Origin: Podospora anserina
Lineage: Eukaryota
Reading direction: 5' to 3'
Length of the DNA stretch: 64,000 bases
NCBI GenBank assembly: GCA_017654855.1
Contig: CM030337.1
Coordinates: forward strand, 2,232,001-2,296,000
Under the pieces are notes generated by a model, which was not told where the DNA came from, ran no database searches, and was given only the letters and a program-made list of their open reading frames with translations. The first letter of the stretch is position 1, and the number at the start of each line of letters is the position of its first letter. This document shows positions 59,501 to 64,000 of this stretch, piece after piece. The position numbers and the translations under genes are program-made.

Positions 59501-60177
59501 TGTAGCTGTTCTTTGGCTTTGGTGGCACCGGAGTTCAATCCCCTCCAGCTCGTAGATCTGATAGGGCTGAGTGCCAAGGCACTGTGGTTGCCCCTGAACA
59601 ACAAGGGATGGGATTGTTTTCCTTTTGCCGTTTTTGAGGAGGTTGGTGTCAGCGACCCGACATGGTCTAGGGTGCGTTTCAGTCGGCTTGGCGATGCAGA
59701 CAGAGGCGGAAGAAGAGGTGGCCCAAGCTCGGGTTCAGCCTCAATTGGCTGCGGCGGTGGCCGATGGCGGACAGGGGAGAGGCCGGGGGAGCTGCATCAA
59801 CCAAGATTCGAGGTTGGCCATTGCGGGGTTTTAGAAGGTCGGAATCTGTAGCTATTCAGGGCCCATCCACTCGGTGACGCAATTCCCAGCCTTCTTTTGA
59901 GGGCAACAGAAGATTGTAGACGGTGGTTTTCTAGTTTTCTAGTTTTCTAGCTGCAAACAGGGAACGCGGTCTGGGTCATCAGCTGTGGGCTGGTGGACTC
60001 CCCATAAGCAGCTAAGGAGCAGAAGTGGCTCCTCGACCTGCATCTCGTCTGTGCAACCGCTGCGTCCCGTTTGCTGCTGCTCACATCATCAACGCCCTGC
60101 GCCGCGCTGCAGCAACATCCAAGGTCCAGCCAGCATCCTGCAGCCGCCCGTTTCCCTGCGAGCGCCGCCTCTCTGTT

Positions 60178-60277
60178 TACATACATACATACATACATAC
60201 TTGTGCATTTGCGCCCGACACCACCCCACCACTCACCACTCACCCGACTTGCCCGGCCGACCGACCGACCGACCGAC
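60178..60277. repeat. (TACA)n and (CCGA)n microsatellites upstream of the RhoGEF
   Basis: tacatacatacatacatac at about 60178-60200 and ccgaccgaccgaccgacc at about 60257-60277. Confidence 0.85.
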
Positions 60278-60437
60278 CCCAGCCTCCCCCGACCGACTTT
60301 GTCTATCTGTCTGTCCTCTCCACCGCCAATCTCAATCCATCTCCGGCCAAGAACGAACAGACTCGCTCGCGCTCCTTCACTCACTCCTCCCCTAGGCTGT
60401 CCTCAAACCGCCATGATCGCGACCAATTGAAACCACC

Positions 60438-63400
60438 ATGGTTCGTGTCACCGAGGAGCTGGCGCTGTCGCCAGAACATGTCACTCTTTACTATGCCAGC
60501 GACCCCTTGATGGGCCACCTGCCAGTCCTCATCTTCCACGGTCCCTCGACGACAGCCAATTACACGCTCAACAGCTCGCGAATCCAGATACACATCTACA
60601 GCCCGGCCGGCTTCGTATCTTTTCCGCGTATCACTGTCTCACCCAACTCTCCTTTCTACAGCGTAGTCGCGCACTTGCCACGGGAATTTCAGGGAGATGA
60701 GGTCTGCCGAGGACTGGCCTTTGGGTTGTACAAGTATTTCAGCGAGTTGCCCGAGGCGGTGAAGACATATCTGAAGAATGCGTACTCGACACGCGCTCGT
60801 CGGCCAGGTTCGGCGCCGGCAATGTTTGGAGAACAGCACGCGGCAGATCTGGCCAAGGCTGCTGTCCAAGCAGAAAATACGACCGAGGTGGTGGATATTC
60901 TAGGAGACGCGCTCCAGACGCAGCACATCGGCTGTGTGGATATGGACCTTGTTTTACCGCCTGGATCGATCGTGCCGCTAGGAAATGCCGACTTGGAAGA
61001 GGTACCAGAAGATGAAGACGATATTTTGGATCCGACGTTGAGACAATATGGCGGATACAACCAAATAGTCAAATTGTTTGGAGAGCCGGTGTTTTTGCCA
61101 ACATCGAAGCTGCGGCGCGCGCCATCACGACCAACCTCGTTGAACCGCAGCAAGTCGTTCTCCAAGAACCAAAAGGTGGAGCTGCGCATGAAGATGGGCG
61201 AGTTGGTGGACACGGAGGAGCGTTATGTTCTCAAGCTTAACGAGCTGGTCAACAACATCGCGGTCGACTTTTACAAAAAGGCCAAGGAAAGGTCGGCAGG
61301 GAGCATCAGTCCTTCGGAGGAGGAGGTAGAGAGGCTGTTCCCCAAGTCAGCACAGGCTATTCTCGAGGTCAACTCGGCATTCATGGAAGAGCTCCGCCGA
61401 GTCATGGACGAAAGTGAAGAGGAGGCCATGAAAGACATGGAGACACCATTTCCTCTGACGCGTCTCAACAGCCCAAACAAGGCCAAGGATCCAAGCGGTG
61501 CTCTGGCGATGGCGAGATTATTTCTCGACTGGTTTCCAAAGTTCACCGAGTGCTACCAGGACTACATCCGAGCCAGTCAAAACTTCCCCAAGCTCCTCAA
61601 CAATTTTCTCGACCAGCAGTCGAGTTTCCGGCAGAGGGTGGTGCAGACAGGTGAACAGACGATCCGGTCGCTGCTGATTGAACCCGTCCAGAGGCTTCCC
61701 CGGTACAACTTGTTCATCGATCAGATCGTTGCCTGCCTTCCAATAACACACCCGGCGCTGCAAGTTTTGCTGCGAGCAAGGGATATCATCACAAACATCT
61801 GCTCCATGGACGACCCATTACCAGACAAGCCACATGTCACGCATCGATTGCGCACAATGGTCGAGTGTTGGCCAGCAGACCTCGAGCCTCAAGGACGATT
61901 GATCCTGGCTGTCGACTTTGTGGAGCTGGCTGCCCCCTACATCGATGACGATATTCCCGACAGACCAGGCATTCTGCTGCTGTTTTCGGATTGTGTTGTC
62001 ATTCTGCAGAAGAAGGGGGATTCTGAGAGGACAGCTCGGGACTTCTTGAAGGAGATCGACAAGCCGTCACCTGCAGGGTTGTTGGCAGCCATGACCAATG
62101 CTGCTGGCGGACAGGGCTCCTGGGAGTTTGCCTTTACTGGATGGCACAGCCTGGCCGATGTCCGCTTCACCGAGTCCACAGATGGGCGGCTGATTTGGAT
62201 GACGTCGACCCAGGAAATGAAGGGTGCCCACGCCGGCGAGTATTTCACCAGCAAGGCCATCACGACCAGGTGTTTTCTCCTTCGCGAGCACTACGAAGGC
62301 AAGGCCAACAAGTGGACCGAGGACATTGTCAAGGCCAGAATCGAAGGAAGATTTTCGGAAAAGGAACGGGAGGACCCTGCATGGACCCTGCGTTCCGTCA
62401 AGATGCAGGATGCACAGTTCGGCCTGCATGCCGCAGTCTTTCAGGAGGGCGCGCATCAACTAATCGAGGGCCGCAGGGAGCCAGCGCCAATACGCGTCGT
62501 ACTTGACATCGAGAATGGCACCAAGGGAGCGCCTGTCGGCCATTACGGTGTGGAGATTGTGACCGAGGTCCGATGCGGCGACATGAAGAGGATATCGATG
62601 AACACCATTGGCCTCAATGGCAAAAGGTTTACCGACGACATTGCTCTGGAGGACTTCCTACCAACCCTGTCCCGAAGAATTGTCCAGTTGCTGAGCTCGC
62701 AATTCAGTGTAGCCAACCCCAGGCTTGTCCCCGCATTGGTGTCATATTACACCAAGGTAATACGGGCCATCAACATGGCACCGAAGGTGGAGAAGGCCAG
62801 TTCGAGATCATTCCTCTCGTCATCGCCGGTCAAGATGCTCTCCAGCTTCCTGTCTGGAAACAGCAGCGCGTCATCCAACGGTACCGACTCGACACCAGTC
62901 AATGGGTCGAAGCACAGAAGGACCAACTCTGCCAGGATGCGGTCCGAAAGAGAGAAGGAGCGGGAAAGGGAACGAGAAAGAGAACGTGACAGAGAACCTA
63001 CTGTACTGAACTCGTCTGTATCATCCAGAGAGCAGGGCATTCCTCGTATCACCATGGAGGAGGAGCGACCAGAAAACCCTCTTGTGCGCCTGGAGCAAAC
63101 ATTTACAGGATATGTGGCCAACATGCAGGCTCGGAAGGGCTACTTCATCGGCCGCACGTTGCTTAACAGATCAATGGCTGATGAGCTCGCTATCAACGAC
63201 CTCTACAACCGATTGATCGAATTTCCCTTTGACCTCGAAGCCGCCCAAGAGCTTGGCACCGAGGTGATCTTTTGCGCATTCGAGAAGTTTGTCCGCATCG
63301 CCTGGCGCGAGCAGATTGGGCCTATCATGACCATGCAGGCGCTTGAAGCTCTGCAGATCCGCGCCTCCAAGAAGGTTGTGGGGGATTTCGCAGATTTTGT

Positions 63401-64000
63401 TAGGTTTATTTTCAGCGACATGGCCCCTCAAAACCGACGAGCATTCACCGCTTTGATCAAGCTTCTGGCTGATCTCTTGGACGGCTGCTCCAATGACGGT
63501 GACAGAGGCGCCTTGACGCTTGCTTTTGCCGAACTGTTGGTTGACGACGACACCGCACCAAACTATATCAACCTCCTCGATAGAATGGTGGAGGATGTCG
63601 ATCGCATCTTTGAGGAGAACCACTTGAGTGTCACCATGCAGATGCTGATGAACAACAGATCTTTCGAGTCGCTGCACGCAACCGGCCGGAGCCACAAGTC
63701 TCAGTCGGGGTCTGTGACATCCAACACGTCGTCGCTGCGCAGGAAGTTTGGTTTCGACACACTGCTGCGCCAAAACAGCAAGAATGATGAGCGGCCTTCG
63801 GTGTGGAGGACGTTGAGCAAGCACGCCAGCAAGGCCCCTGTGCCCGGTGAGAGTGCCAGTCTTGGCAAGAACAGCAGGTCAAAGTCCATTGACATGAGCC
63901 TGAACTTCCCTACTCAGGGCAGGCTCCGGAGGCCAGCATCTAGGGACAGGCCACCTATTGCCGGGGCATTCGATGACATTGAGCACCGGCCGGGTAGCTC
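60438..64000 (+). CDS. bud3: Rho guanine nucleotide exchange factor, Bud3/Gef2-like (runs off the window)
   Basis: Continuous ORF from CACCATG: MVRVTEELALSPEH...LIFHGPSTT, DH domain ELVDTEERYV...LLIEPVQRLPRY, RE-rich stretch near 62950; no stop seen before the window end. Confidence 0.85.
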   Translation, partial: MVRVTEELALSPEHVTLYYASDPLMGHLPVLIFHGPSTTANYTLNSSRIQIHIYSPAGFVSFPRITVSPNSPFYSVVAHLPREFQGDEVCRGLAFGLYKYFSELPEAVKTYLKNAYSTRARRPGSAPAMFGEQHAADLAKAAVQAENTTEVVDILGDALQTQHIGCVDMDLVLPPGSIVPLGNADLEEVPEDEDDILDPTLRQYGGYNQIVKLFGEPVFLPTSKLRRAPSRPTSLNRSKSFSKNQKVELRMKMGELVDTEERYVLKLNELVNNIAVDFYKKAKERSAGSISPSEEEVERLFPKSAQAILEVNSAFMEELRRVMDESEEEAMKDMETPFPLTRLNSPNKAKDPSGALAMARLFLDWFPKFTECYQDYIRASQNFPKLLNNFLDQQSSFRQRVVQTGEQTIRSLLIEPVQRLPRYNLFIDQIVACLPITHPALQVLLRARDIITNICSMDDPLPDKPHVTHRLRTMVECWPADLEPQGRLILAVDFVELAAPYIDDDIPDRPGILLLFSDCVVILQKKGDSERTARDFLKEIDKPSPAGLLAAMTNAAGGQGSWEFAFTGWHSLADVRFTESTDGRLIWMTSTQEMKGAHAGEYFTSKAITTRCFLLREHYEGKANKWTEDIVKARIEGRFSEKEREDPAWTLRSVKMQDAQFGLHAAVFQEGAHQLIEGRREPAPIRVVLDIENGTKGAPVGHYGVEIVTEVRCGDMKRISMNTIGLNGKRFTDDIALEDFLPTLSRRIVQLLSSQFSVANPRLVPALVSYYTKVIRAINMAPKVEKASSRSFLSSSPVKMLSSFLSGNSSASSNGTDSTPVNGSKHRRTNSARMRSEREKERERERERERDREPTVLNSSVSSREQGIPRITMEEERPENPLVRLEQTFTGYVANMQARKGYFIGRTLLNRSMADELAINDLYNRLIEFPFDLEAAQELGTEVIFCAFEKFVRIAWREQIGPIMTMQALEALQIRASKKVVGDFADFVRFIFSDMAPQNRRAFTALIKLLADLLDGCSNDGDRGALTLAFAELLVDDDTAPNYINLLDRMVEDVDRIFEENHLSVTMQMLMNNRSFESLHATGRSHKSQSGSVTSNTSSLRRKFGFDTLLRQNSKNDERPSVWRTLSKHASKAPVPGESASLGKNSRSKSIDMSLNFPTQGRLRRPASRDRPPIAGAFDDIEHRPGS

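Noticed and set aside
1-64000. tRNA, 5S rRNA, CRISPR arrays, intact transposons
   Set aside because: No cloverleaf/T-loop, 5S, repeat-spacer, transposase or reverse-transcriptase signatures recognised by eye. tRNAscan-SE, Infernal and a repeat library would be needed to exclude them.

Overview
Eukaryotic DNA from a filamentous ascomycete: short GT-AG introns with CTAAC/CTGAC branch sites, and a DIM-5 orthologue nearly collinear with Neurospora DIM-5. This points to Sordariales, consistent with Podospora; the species is an inference. Layout: (1) 0-3.2 kb, two tandem paralogues of an unrecognised transmembrane/zinc-module family, one disrupted. (2) 3.35-11.3 kb, a five-gene sugar-catabolic cluster (TIM-like isomerase, RpiB, DAK-family kinase, class II aldolase, LtnD-like dehydrogenase) resembling bacterial four-carbon sugar/polyol pathways. 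(3) 11.6-38.9 kb, dense housekeeping genes (dim-5, UBTD-like, sec26, mago nashi, gid4, trm11, rpp40, ankyrin, trl1, trp4, uL10m, a UPF0132-like protein, rpt5). (4) 38.9-60 kb, a gene-poor accessory region with a small Clr5-domain gene, a third member of the TM/zinc family, a stand-alone zinc module and decayed genes. (5) 60.4 kb to the end, a Bud3-like RhoGEF. Most notable: the tRNA ligase UAG stop is followed in frame by 60 sense codons ending in the peroxisomal signal -AKL, and the UBTD-like UAG by 123 in-frame sense codons. Both are candidates for sexual-stage A-to-I stop-loss editing or readthrough. All calls come from reading the sequence and recalled protein motifs; no searches were run. 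No tRNA, rRNA, CRISPR array or intact transposon was recognised.
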